Shown here: one piece after another, positions 1-8,793 of the stretch
Layout: each line of letters opens with the position of its first letter
Numbering within the stretch: position 1 is the stretch's first letter
IMG/VR virus record: IMGVR_UViG_3300021602_000009
Location: 1-54,328 of that record
Reading direction: 5' to 3' (one strand)
DNA from: a virus
Lineage: Duplodnaviria; Caudoviricetes
Length of the DNA: 54,328 nt
Translations under genes and position numbers: made by a program
The notes under the pieces: generated by a model
Told to the model about the DNA's origin: nothing
The model's input: only the letters and a program-made list of their open reading frames with translations
Databases searched by the model: none

Positions 1-126
1 AGTTTGACAATGGAATGTTGGATAAAGAAACCTTTGAAGATTTAAAGACACGGTACAAGTACTATATTCCGTTACGTGGATTTGACAAAGAAATAGCAGA
101 GGACCGTTACGATTACAGTCCTGATA
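1..126. repeat. Terminal direct repeat, copy 1 (circular assembly overlap)
   Basis: 1-126 is identical to 54201-54326, and the reading frame of the giant gene is continuous across the join. Confidence 0.95.
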
Positions 127-2339
127 TGGGAACGCACTTTGTGGCACCACTTATCAAAGCCAAAGGACGTACATCACGTCCCGAAACTCCGTTTGCTTAT
201 ATTTTCTCTATGAATCACAGTGCCATTACCCAAAGCAATAAAAACAACCTGAACCAGGCATGGGTACGGTTGGCACGACAGGATAAATCCGGCACGTTGA
301 TACTTAAACAAAGCTGGTATAAGAAAGTAGGCGAAACGGACGAAGGACAACCGATATGGGAACAACAAAGCCCTGAATGGAATGCCGATCCTACGCAATA
401 CGGAATGAACATACAGAAGTTTGAAGAAGATATGGCAGCATTGGCAGAAAAAGGCGAAGCCGTGCAGAAACGCGGTAAACTGAACATTGGACTATTTGTA
501 AAACCAAAGCAAGCCAAACAGCACGAACTCCACGTTTACGAAAACGGAACGGAGCATGTGGTATATATAAATGCCAATCCGAAAGTGGCACGAGCCATAA
601 ACGGAGATAACCGTGTAGAAGCCGGAGCATTCTTTGATGGTTTATCCATGGTGAACCGATGGATGGCCGCTAACTTTACGTCAAGAAATCCGTTATTTAT
701 GGTAACGAACTTTGAACGTGATATAACCTTTGCCACTACCACGCTGGGAGTAAAAGAAGGAATTGTGTATCAGGCGCATTTTGTGGGTAACGTACCACAT
801 GCAGTAAAAGCCATTACCAACGTTATAGCCGGAAAAGGTGAGGTAAAAACAAAATACGACAAGTATGCCGAAGAATTTATTCTAAACGGAGGAAAGACCG
901 GCTACACGCATATTGTTGAAATTAAAAGCGTACAGAAACGTATAGAAGAAGAAATAAAAAGCGGAAAAGTACACGAACCCGGATTTGTGTTCAAAGCCTT
1001 TGAGTTAGGAAACTTAGTAGCGGAAAATACAACCCGCCTTGCTACTTACATTACTTCGCGAGAAGCAGGACGAGGAATACATGAATCCATCAGCAATGCC
1101 AAAGAAGTAACCGTAAATTTCAACCGAAAAGGCAGTGGAGCTATGGGAGCTGATGCCATGCGTAAATCATTCTTATTTTTCAACGTGGCGGTACAGGCAC
1201 TGGATAATATAACAGGAATAGCCAAAAAGCATCCGTATAAATTAGCTGCATTATTAGCTTCGTTTGTAGCCAGTGGATTATTAGCCCCAATCTTAGCCGG
1301 ATTACTCGGAGGTGATGAAGCCGAAGAAGCGTACAACAATCTTTCGGACTACGACCGACAAAACAACTGGTGTATATGGACCGGAAGCGGATTTTTGAAA
1401 TGGGCATTACCACAGGAGTTGCGTGTATTCCATGCATTAGGAGATAATGTATATCGTCATACGCAGGGCAAAGTAACCAATACCGAATTGGCAGTAAATA
1501 CCATGATAGGACTTACCGACTTATTGCCGGTGAACCCAATGGGAGCTATGAACAGTGAAGATAAGAAGTGGAAAATGGTTGCCAACTCGGTAACACCCGA
1601 TGTGATAAAACCATTTATGCAATTAGCACTCAATGTTACCTATACCGGTGGCAGTGCCTACAATCCGTTTGCCAATGATGCAGATCCCGGATTTGTACAA
1701 GCCAGCAAGAATAAAAAGGGAGAACCGTTTGCACCAGCCGTATTGGTATGGGCAGCACAGCAAACCGATAACCTTACCGGTGGTGATGGAGTAAAGCCGG
1801 GAGCTGTTAGTCCAAACCCTGATATTATCAATCACCTTATGCGCGGTTATATGGGTGGACTTTATACCATAGCCATAAAATCGGTAGATACTGGAGATAA
1901 GCTGATAGAAGGTAAAGACGTAAAACTACGTGATACGCCAATAAGTACACTTTATACAAGTAAAGATGACATCATGGAAAATAACTCCAGAATGCGCAAA
2001 GAATACAACGAAGTGAAAGCAGAAATCAATGACGAAAAGCATTATGTGAGTAAATATAAAAGCGGTGCCATGGATATTTACCGACAAACCGGTGATCTGA
2101 GTAAAACGGCAGAATATACTACTAAAATGCAAGCGTTATCCACGCAGAAGTTTATTGTACTAAAACAGTTGACCAATGGAATAACCAAACTGGAAGGCGA
2201 AATAGAAGATGCACCAAACGGAGAAGAACTACAGAAACGCGCCAATGAACTGAAGGGTTTTGTTATACGGATAAATAAAGCTAATGCGCCGGAAGAGATT
2301 AAAACAATTATGACGGAGTTAGAGAAATCTGCTAAATAA
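1..2339 (+). CDS. C-terminal part (LPD38-like region) of the giant polyvalent virion protein that starts at 41690
   Basis: Position 15 corresponds to 54215, which is in frame with the ATG at 41690. Motifs YIPLRGF, T-SRNPLF, ENTTRLATY and EVTVNFNRKG resemble LPD38-type C-termini. Confidence 0.8.
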   Translation, partial: FDNGMLDKETFEDLKTRYKYYIPLRGFDKEIAEDRYDYSPDMGTHFVAPLIKAKGRTSRPETPFAYIFSMNHSAITQSNKNNLNQAWVRLARQDKSGTLILKQSWYKKVGETDEGQPIWEQQSPEWNADPTQYGMNIQKFEEDMAALAEKGEAVQKRGKLNIGLFVKPKQAKQHELHVYENGTEHVVYINANPKVARAINGDNRVEAGAFFDGLSMVNRWMAANFTSRNPLFMVTNFERDITFATTTLGVKEGIVYQAHFVGNVPHAVKAITNVIAGKGEVKTKYDKYAEEFILNGGKTGYTHIVEIKSVQKRIEEEIKSGKVHEPGFVFKAFELGNLVAENTTRLATYITSREAGRGIHESISNAKEVTVNFNRKGSGAMGADAMRKSFLFFNVAVQALDNITGIAKKHPYKLAALLASFVASGLLAPILAGLLGGDEAEEAYNNLSDYDRQNNWCIWTGSGFLKWALPQELRVFHALGDNVYRHTQGKVTNTELAVNTMIGLTDLLPVNPMGAMNSEDKKWKMVANSVTPDVIKPFMQLALNVTYTGGSAYNPFANDADPGFVQASKNKKGEPFAPAVLVWAAQQTDNLTGGDGVKPGAVSPNPDIINHLMRGYMGGLYTIAIKSVDTGDKLIEGKDVKLRDTPISTLYTSKDDIMENNSRMRKEYNEVKAEINDEKHYVSKYKSGAMDIYRQTGDLSKTAEYTTKMQALSTQKFIVLKQLTNGITKLEGEIEDAPNGEELQKRANELKGFVIRINKANAPEEIKTIMTELEKSAK

Positions 2340-2346
2340 AATTATT

Positions 2347-2571
2347 TTAATAGAATAACACTATAATTAAATTTATAGTGCTATTTTTAATAGTTTCGAG
2401 CATTTCCATAAGCGCAACAGAGCACATTCGGGGAAAATCGAAAAACAATCCGATGGAATAATAAAGTTGATTGGGGTTTAATCCGAAGAAAATTTCAACA
2501 CTTTCGCAGTTTGGCGTGGAAATATGCATACTATTATTCTGCATATTTACATTTTCATTGTTCGTTGGCAT
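2347..2571 (-). CDS. Small hypothetical protein (74 aa) downstream of a structured leader
   Basis: ORF track; its start codon lies in a 12-nt sequence complementary to the upstream leader. Confidence 0.45.
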   Translation of the reverse strand: MPTNNENVNMQNNSMHISTPNCESVEIFFGLNPNQLYYSIGLFFDFPRMCSVALMEMLETIKNSTINLIIVLFY

Positions 2572-2780
2572 TTATGAATGAAAATATAAATGAATAAAAA
2601 GAAGAAAGGCTATCCTTCCCCATCCGCGCCAACGAACAAATTATAACACAAGTGTCATAACCCACAGGGGAAAGATAGCCCATTATCCTTGCAGAAAACA
2701 TGCAACCTATAGCCATAAAAATGGCTATGACATAATTGTGTTTTATAAAATATCCGTTGGCGTTGGATTCTGCAAACATA
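2558..2780 (-). ncRNA. Candidate structured leader or c4/CI-like antisense RNA
   Basis: TAnnTTTG-type promoter box at about 2773-2780 (minus), several stems (about 2608-2620/2668-2680, 2641-2660, 2710-2728) and an inverted repeat 2558-2569/2628-2639. Confidence 0.4.
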
Positions 2781-3070
2781 CAATAATAATTTAAAATCGC
2801 AATAGAAAAATAGAAATATTTTGTAATAAAGTTTTGATATGTAGGGTTTTGGTTGCATTTGTAGGAAAAATCAGACATATTAAGAAAAAGAAAGTCATCA
2901 ATCGAAAAGCTGCTTAGTGTGGTGATTAGCAGCGAATCAATTAATGACTTCTTATATTTTAATTCAACAATCACCACAAAGTTGAACAGGATATGTATGT
3001 ATTTCTTTGCAAATGTAGGAAATAAAATGCAATAAATACATAAAATGTCGGATAAATACGACATTTTATG

Positions 3071-3110
3071 ATAAAAAACAGCTTGTCAAAATCTGACAAG
3101 CTGTTTTTTA
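3071..3110. terminator. Bidirectional intrinsic terminator
   Basis: ATAAAAAACAGCTTGTCA-aaatc-TGACAAGCTGTTTTTTAT, a perfect stem with A/T tails. Confidence 0.8.
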
Positions 3111-3112
3111 TT

Positions 3113-3514
3113 TTATTGTTGCGGTTTGCAATTAATCCAGAAAATATTTGCAGCGAGAATTTTAGTATCAGTGGACCTGATTGGCTCAATACTACCCCTA
3201 AGTGTTACGTTATTCTCTTTCAAATGTCAGTAGAGTGTTTGTTCGGAGCGGATTCCGGTTTGTTCGAGTATGGATTTAATCGTATTTTCGGGAGCATTGT
3301 ACAGGTCAATGGCATATTCGATGGTGGCGGTTGTGAAATGGTTGCTTTTAAGTGTAATTTTGTTATCGGTAAGTACACGGAATATGGTAGCCTGTGAAAT
3401 ATCCAAGTCAGCAGCAATAATCCGAACACTTGTACCACCAGTGTACAGTTCGATAATTTGTTCGTTACGTTTTATTTTTTTGAGTGCAGCTTCGGCACGT
3501 TGTTTTTTGTTCAT
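3113..3514 (-). pseudogene. Tandem-HTH DNA-binding protein interrupted by an in-frame TGA at 3227-3229
   Basis: Repeat 1 SQATIFRVLTDNKITLK aligns with repeat 2 SEQTLY*HLKENNVTLR. The frame stays open for 37 more codons to a TAA next to the terminator. Confidence 0.6.
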
Positions 3515-3531
3515 GGTATAAATAGTTTAAG

Positions 3532-3570
3532 AAACCCCTCCGCTTCGCTCGTCCCCTTAAAAAGGGGACA
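3532..3570 (+). repeat. REP-like palindromic repeat, family A
   Basis: AAACCCCTCCGCTTCGCTCGTCCCCTT-loop-AGGGGACA; six copies in the genome. Confidence 0.85.
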
Positions 3571-3721
3571 ACTAAGAAAAAATGGCGAAACCGGAGCTTC
3601 GCCATTTAGTACAATTTTTTGAAAAGCAAATCACAATTTTAGTGACTTAATCTACCATAGTAGAAATTATGCTGCAAATATAAAGCATGTTTTTGAATAA
3701 ACAAACGTTTTTGAAAGAAAA

Positions 3722-3964
3722 TCACAAGAAAACTATCGGAATTGAATTAAAATAATCCCAGCGCATTCTGGAAAACATAAAAGCTTGTTCTTCAGTTTTA
3801 AATTTATACACACGTTTAATATACTTAGATTTTCCAGTAGAGTAACCAATGTGATAGAGTGGATGAAAAAAGTTATTGTTTTCAATAGAAATAAACGAAT
3901 CAGGATGCTTTTTGAACTTCTTTTTGAGTTTGCGAGGGAGTTTGAGGAAGCGCGGGATTTTCAT
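3722..3964 (-). CDS. Hypothetical basic protein
   Basis: ORF in the leftward operon with an AT-rich start context. Confidence 0.6.
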   Translation of the reverse strand: MKIPRFLKLPRKLKKKFKKHPDSFISIENNNFFHPLYHIGYSTGKSKYIKRVYKFKTEEQAFMFSRMRWDYFNSIPIVFL

Positions 3965-4003
3965 TGTTTTAATTTTTAGAATTATAATAACTAAAACATA
4001 ATC

Positions 4004-4189
4004 TTATTGATAGATACAAAAATTTAAAATAACAAGTACACAACCATGAAAAGGAGCTTGATTATCAGTATTTATAAGAAAACCAAATCCTTGAAACGCT
4101 TCTGATATGCACCAACTTGAATTAAATTTACAATTCTTCGTTTTTATTAGTTTAGTAAAATACTTTATATCTTTATATCTGTTATTCAT
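4004..4189 (-). CDS. Hypothetical protein
   Basis: Starts 4 nt after the rusA stop, same strand. Confidence 0.5.
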   Translation of the reverse strand: MNNRYKDIKYFTKLIKTKNCKFNSSWCISEAFQGFGFLINTDNQAPFHGCVLVILNFCIYQ

Positions 4190-4193
4190 AATT

Positions 4194-4526
4194 TTATTTT
4201 TTAAAAGTTTTCAATTCAAATTCAAAGAATTCATTTCCTTTGGTTACAATTTCGGTATCTACAATGGCACGGCGGATAAGTTTATCATTAAAGCCGTACT
4301 TTTTAGAAAGAATATCCTGTAAGGGTTTCACCGGGTTATCCCAATCAGATAGTGTGGAGCTAAACCCGAACTTAAAGTATATTTCGAACGGTGGGTCAGG
4401 AATAACGATTTTGCGTGGCAATAACCAAAGCAGTTTCGTTTGGTATGCTTTGTATTCGTCCGTTTTGTATCGTTTACCTTTCCACGCTTCGTTTACGGAA
4501 AGCGGTTTTTCGTTTAGTCTGGGCAT
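4194..4526 (-). CDS. rusA: RusA-family Holliday junction resolvase
   Basis: PLSVN near the N-terminus and the DWDNPVKPLQDIL...NDK acidic motif. Confidence 0.8.
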   Translation of the reverse strand: MPRLNEKPLSVNEAWKGKRYKTDEYKAYQTKLLWLLPRKIVIPDPPFEIYFKFGFSSTLSDWDNPVKPLQDILSKKYGFNDKLIRRAIVDTEIVTKGNEFFEFELKTFKK

Positions 4527-4529
4527 GAG

Positions 4530-5378
4530 TTATACACGTTGAGAACAGATATTGATATTATTGATAGGCGAAAATACACGGCTAATGGTATTAGTTGATA
4601 AATGCGTGTAAATCTGCGTGGTTTTTTGCGATTTATGTCCGGCAATTTTCTGCACCATAAATAAATCTGTACCCGCTTCGACCATATGCGTAAAAGCACA
4701 ATGCCGGAGTAAGTGCGGATAAATGCGTTTTTTGATATTTGCTTTACGTGCTAACTTTTTGAGCGTAGTACCCACACTTGTTTCGGAATACTGCGCGTCG
4801 AACTGACCATTTAAAACATAGATTTTGGATTTATATTCTTCCCAATATTTTTCGAGCAAAGGAATAATAATCTCCGGCAACATAACCTGGCGATCCTTTC
4901 CACCTTTGGCATCAATCACATTAATAATCATACGGCTGCGGTCTATGTTTTCCCATTTCAGGTTGAGCAGTTCCGAAATACGCAAACCAGTACTGTACAG
5001 CAACGACAATACAACTTTGTGCTTAGTATTATCGCACACGTCGAACAGCATCTGAATTTCCTCCTGGCTGAAAACAATGGGCAGTTTCGTACTTTTACGC
5101 GGATAAGGTACGTTATCCAGTTTCCGCGGTTGGTGCCCAACTTCATTGTAGAAAAACTTTATAGCACACAATGCAGCCCGGTGCGAAGCTGAATTTTTAA
5201 TCTGTAACAAATAACTTTCAATCTGTTTCGCTGATATTTCGGAGGGTTTTGTAGCTGCCTTTTCGTGATACTTCAAAAACTTATCAATTTGCGCCACATA
5301 ACTTTCCTCTGTATTATGCGAATACTTCCGAAGCTGTATTGCTTTGGAAAGTTGGTTTAAATAGTTTCCGATATTCAT
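4530..5378 (-). CDS. Tyrosine recombinase, integron-integrase-like (N-terminal SAM-like domain, no IntI-specific insertion)
   Basis: LRKYSHNTEESY N-terminus; catalytic motifs GLRISE, KGGKDR, HLLRH, GH and TTQIYTH; 282 aa; divergent from a cassette array. Confidence 0.9.
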   Translation of the reverse strand: MNIGNYLNQLSKAIQLRKYSHNTEESYVAQIDKFLKYHEKAATKPSEISAKQIESYLLQIKNSASHRAALCAIKFFYNEVGHQPRKLDNVPYPRKSTKLPIVFSQEEIQMLFDVCDNTKHKVVLSLLYSTGLRISELLNLKWENIDRSRMIINVIDAKGGKDRQVMLPEIIIPLLEKYWEEYKSKIYVLNGQFDAQYSETSVGTTLKKLARKANIKKRIYPHLLRHCAFTHMVEAGTDLFMVQKIAGHKSQKTTQIYTHLSTNTISRVFSPINNINICSQRV

Positions 5379-5404
5379 TGTATAAATAGTTTAAAGTTAG
5401 TTAG

Positions 5405-5440
5405 TTGTGGAGTGGTGGGGATAGATATGAGTTAGGTGCA
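5405..5440 (+). other. attI-like primary recombination site (putative crossover G5431/TT)
   Basis: GTTAGGT core 52 bp upstream of the recombinase start, with no preceding attC-type hairpin; first boundary of the array. Confidence 0.6.
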
Positions 5441-5455
5441 ATTGTTTTGTTTAAA

Positions 5456-6109
5456 TTAAAAAGCCAACGCACTCTGCAAATTTTCCAAATTTGTAAAAGG
5501 TTTAGTCCATTGCTCTGCCATAGCTTTTGCAATACCTTCAAAGGTTTTACTTCTCATTTTACCTCTTATCTCAACAGGCATTTTAGCACACTCATATTCC
5601 CATTTACTTGTCTTTTTTACTTTACCGTTTGCATAAGTTAATGTTACAAATTCGCCTTTATCTACAATATCAGTAGGTACTAATTTCGGTAAATTTTTAA
5701 GCCATAAGCAAGTAGGTTTTTTGTTCTTATGCCCAAATTGATATGGCTCAATTATTTGGTCTGGCTTTCTGTATTTACTACTCATTACTCCTATCGGGTT
5801 TTCAATTGCTATTTTCGGTATATTACAATTAACCAATGCCATAAAAAAATCAATACCTTGTTGCTGTCTACCATCGGCTATTTTCTTTTTAAAATGAGCA
5901 GCACCACTAACAGCCAGGTGCGTACAAGGCGGGAAAAATATCCCCATGTCCCAACCCATATTTATAACTTCAAATATATCTTGTTGGTAATGCCATTCGG
6001 GGTGTCCTCCGCTACATTCTTGTATATCACAACTAAATGCTTCGTGTCCTAATTTTCGTAACTCTTTGGTTACCGCTTGTGATTCTTCACATCCTACTAA
6101 AATTCTCAT
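5456..6109 (-). CDS. Phage-type DNA cytosine methyltransferase (cassette 1)
   Basis: ILVGCEESQ and SCDI SAM-binding region, catalytic PPC, ENP motif, PYQFG and KPTCLW. Confidence 0.8.
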   Translation of the reverse strand: MRILVGCEESQAVTKELRKLGHEAFSCDIQECSGGHPEWHYQQDIFEVINMGWDMGIFFPPCTHLAVSGAAHFKKKIADGRQQQGIDFFMALVNCNIPKIAIENPIGVMSSKYRKPDQIIEPYQFGHKNKKPTCLWLKNLPKLVPTDIVDKGEFVTLTYANGKVKKTSKWEYECAKMPVEIRGKMRSKTFEGIAKAMAEQWTKPFTNLENLQSALAF

Positions 6110-6169
6110 AATTATATTTTTAAAATCCTCCCTTTTTTTAATTTAAACAAAACAACTGTTCGCTTCGCC

Positions 6170-6245
6170 ACCTAACAGCACCTAATGTCAAGCGGCACAA
6201 ACTAACCGATTATTGCCGCCAGCCATTAGCTGCAAAACGTTATAA
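6170..6245 (+). other. attC-like site 1
   Basis: ACCTAAC...GCACCTAATG/GCGGCA...TGCCGC/CATTAGCTGC...GTTATAA. Confidence 0.8.
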
Positions 6246-6285
6246 GCAAGTGCTACATTCGTGCTAAATTGAAAGTTCATTGCTC

Positions 6286-7056
6286 TTAATCCGTTTTAAT
6301 AATTTTTTCTTCCCAACGCTCTTTGAGTTTTTCAAACTCATTAAGGTTTTTTTCTACCAAAACAACTGTTCTGTCATTTTCAACACCAATTGCAGTTGTA
6401 CCGCTTCCTGCTGTAAAGTCTAAAACTACATCACCTTTTTTTGTATAGGTTTCAATGATGTATCTACAAAGGTCTTTTGGTTTCTGTGTTTTGTGCCAAG
6501 TCTTACCTTCGCTTTCAGCAGTCTTAAAATATTGAACGCTTCGTGGGTATCTTAGTCCATCACTTTTAACTTCAACTTGTTCAAAACTTCCATACACATC
6601 ATTTTCTGTTTGTTGTTTTCTAACACCTTTATTGTAAGCAGTACCTTCTGTCATTTGTGGGTAATAAACAGGTGTTCCTTTGCAAAACACAATAATATCT
6701 TCGTGAGCAACCAATGGTCTTTTTTTAGCGTTTAGAAATCCTGTTGCTTTTGATTTTTCCCACACCCAAGTATATTTAAACATTTTGGGGTTGCTCATTA
6801 TCAAAGCACTTGTAAATGGTTGCTGTGCGTGAAATACTATTGCTGTATTTTGTTTTGCAATCCTAATTACTTGCTCCCACATTTTATCAAATGGTATTAC
6901 TTCATCCCAACTGCATTGTGTAGTCCCAAAAGGTAAATCACAATAAATTAGGTCTATACTTTCATTTTTAAGTTTTGGTAAAAAATCAAGTGCATCTTCG
7001 TTAAAGATGTTTAATTTCCCCTCGCTCAAAAAATTATTAAAACTACTATTCTGCAT
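6286..7056 (-). CDS. N6-adenine/N4-cytosine DNA methyltransferase, beta class (cassette 2)
   Basis: Motif IV variant DLPF comes before HKTQKP and motif I DFTAGSGTT. Confidence 0.88.
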   Translation of the reverse strand: MQNSSFNNFLSEGKLNIFNEDALDFLPKLKNESIDLIYCDLPFGTTQCSWDEVIPFDKMWEQVIRIAKQNTAIVFHAQQPFTSALIMSNPKMFKYTWVWEKSKATGFLNAKKRPLVAHEDIIVFCKGTPVYYPQMTEGTAYNKGVRKQQTENDVYGSFEQVEVKSDGLRYPRSVQYFKTAESEGKTWHKTQKPKDLCRYIIETYTKKGDVVLDFTAGSGTTAIGVENDRTVVLVEKNLNEFEKLKERWEEKIIKTD

Positions 7057-7090
7057 AATTCAAAGTTTATCGTTTTTAATCCGCACCAGC

Positions 7091-7157
7091 TTATAACACC
7101 ACCTATACGCAAGTTTTGTGAAAAACAAAACCTGACGTATAGCTGTAAACGTTAGGT
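7091..7157 (+). other. attC-like site 2
   Basis: TTATAAC...CTATACG/GTTTTGT...ACAAAAC/CGTATAG...GTTAGGT. Confidence 0.8.
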
Positions 7158-7243
7158 GTAAGCGTGAAAAAAAGAAAAAGAAAACATTGATATAGAATTA
7201 TTAGCACAAATTGTAAAAGTACAAACAAATTAACATTAAATCC

Positions 7244-7579
7244 ATGAAAGTAAAAGACATTAATTATTACGTGAAATTCATTTTTTCCTCTCTTGACGGA
7301 CAGTTTTGTTTATCGACAACTGACTTAGAAGTTCTGAAACTCATTAAATCAGAAAAGACAAACGAATCCAAGAGAAATTATACAATTGGCGACATTGTCT
7401 ATTTCGACTCAAACGAAGAAAGAAACCAAAAATTAAAAGTAACCGATGTTAGAATCAGACGATTAGTTGATGACACCGAAAATCTTAAATACGGATTTGA
7501 TTCTTCTGACTGTGTAAACATGTTTGGCGAAAATAAAGAAGCACTATTCATTATTCACGTCACTATAGAAAAGATCTAA
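7244..7579 (+). CDS. Hypothetical protein (cassette 3)
   Basis: AT-rich ORF oriented opposite to the surrounding phage operon. Confidence 0.7.
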   Translation: MKVKDINYYVKFIFSSLDGQFCLSTTDLEVLKLIKSEKTNESKRNYTIGDIVYFDSNEERNQKLKVTDVRIRRLVDDTENLKYGFDSSDCVNMFGENKEALFIIHVTIEKI

Positions 7580-7823
7580 CGAATCGTTGATTTCTTTTCG
7601 TTCGACTTTTAAAACATTGACAATATAACTCAAAAGAATATGAGAGAATCTTAGGTTATCATAACCGCATTTTGACTTGATTTCGTTGATATGAAAATTA
7701 AATGTTTTACCGTTGAAAGACATAGTATTTATTAGGTTGACCTTACGACCTAAAGGTTTAAATTGTAAGAAAATAAAAGATTTAAAAATAAAATGAATTG
7801 TAAAATAAATTAAAAATAATGTT

Positions 7824-8321
7824 ATGAAAAAAGTCGTAAAGAACAAATTTATTTTAATTAGCTTGATTAGTTTAGGCTATTTATTGACGTCATGTGGAAC
7901 TTTAAATGTGTATGTAAACCAGAGTTCAACATATTCCAAGAAAAATCCAATTACGATTAATCAATCTTCAGATGATCAAAGTGGAACATTAGGAGAATTA
8001 CAATTTCTTTTACAGTCTAATGGCTACAAATTAATGTCTTATGGTGCCGCTAAAAAAGCTCTAAACTTAGACACAGAAGCTCATAGCAGCACTTTTCATG
8101 GAGAAATTACAAATTCAACAACATTTAAGTCTGTATATGTTTTAAATTTAAATTATACTTATTACTGGGATTCATTCTATTATGCATATAGAAGTTTCTC
8201 ATCTACTATAACTGATTTGAGAACAGGTGAAATAATTATGACAGCTAATTTTAGAGGTGATAAAAGTTGTCGTGCAGTTCTAACCGAATTAGTTGATAAA
8301 ATGAATTCAGTTATATTATAA
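7824..8321 (+). CDS. Putative lipoprotein (cassette 3)
   Basis: Basic N-terminus, hydrophobic stretch and LTSC lipobox. Confidence 0.75.
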   Translation: MKKVVKNKFILISLISLGYLLTSCGTLNVYVNQSSTYSKKNPITINQSSDDQSGTLGELQFLLQSNGYKLMSYGAAKKALNLDTEAHSSTFHGEITNSTTFKSVYVLNLNYTYYWDSFYYAYRSFSSTITDLRTGEIIMTANFRGDKSCRAVLTELVDKMNSVIL

Positions 8322-8383
8322 TAATTAACACGAAAAGGTATCAAATCATTGGTGAATTAAACGTAAAGACTAAAACGCCTAAC

Positions 8384-8515
8384 ACCTAACACACGCCTAT
8401 GTGCTTTGGCGGCTGACGTGCATTTAGCGGTCTTTGCTCCCGCATTCACTTTGTCGTTCCACGACAGCGAATGCTCCCGCAAACCGCCAAATGCCCATAG
8501 CCTCGGTCGTTAGGC
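8384..8515 (+). other. attC-like site 3
   Basis: ACCTAAC...CTATG/TTTGGCGG...CCGCCAAA/CATAG...GTTAGGC, with an inner stem TGTCGT/ACGACA. Confidence 0.8.
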
Positions 8516-8520
8516 GTAAT

Positions 8521-8730
8521 TTACCACAACTTAACTGTGATAGTCGCACATAATAGGCATAACGAAAATCCATTTTTTCCGTAAGCGAAGTATATAATTG
8601 GAAAATGTCTATATCCTTCTTTTGAAAGGTGTCCAAACTTATAATCAAATTTAAAACTACGCCTGACATCGGCTAAAACTTCATTGCCGTTTTCGTGCTT
8701 ATTCATAGCTTTGTAATCTCTTTCATCCAT
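8521..8730 (-). CDS. Small hypothetical protein (cassette 4); start lies inside the attC-like loop
   Basis: The ORF reads through the left box as LADVRRS, and its stop sits just inside the cassette boundary. Confidence 0.6.
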   Translation of the reverse strand: MDERDYKAMNKHENGNEVLADVRRSFKFDYKFGHLSKEGYRHFPIIYFAYGKNGFSLCLLCATITVKLW

Positions 8731-8793
8731 TTTTGTAATTTGAGAAGTTTCTGTGTTTTAATCGGCAACGCAGTTTAGCCGTGTCCGTTATGG
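8661..8793 (+). other. attC-like site 4 (left box variant GCCTGAC)
   Basis: CGGCTAAAACT/TTGCCG...CGGCAA/AGTTTAGCCG...GTTATGG. Confidence 0.72.

Larger units (their letters stand above)
5432..8787 (+). mobile_element. Array of four integron-like cassettes (5432-6239, 6240-7151, 7152-8509, 8510-8787)
   Basis: Each unit starts with GTT-N6 and ends in a hairpin whose left box is the reverse complement of that same start. Confidence 0.8.

Noticed and set aside
1-126. Biological terminal repeat of the virion DNA
   Set aside because: It lies mid-gene and its length is close to a common assembler k-mer overlap. It shows circularity, not packaging ends.
3227-3229. Genome-wide TGA recoding
   Set aside because: TGA ends many normal genes (e.g. 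17909, 18525, 38791), often in ATGA overlaps, and long genes have no internal TGA.
7574-7610. Additional attC between the two genes of cassette 3
   Set aside because: ATCTAAC overlaps the stop codon, but I could not find a convincing long stem and closing GTT box. A degenerate site cannot be excluded.
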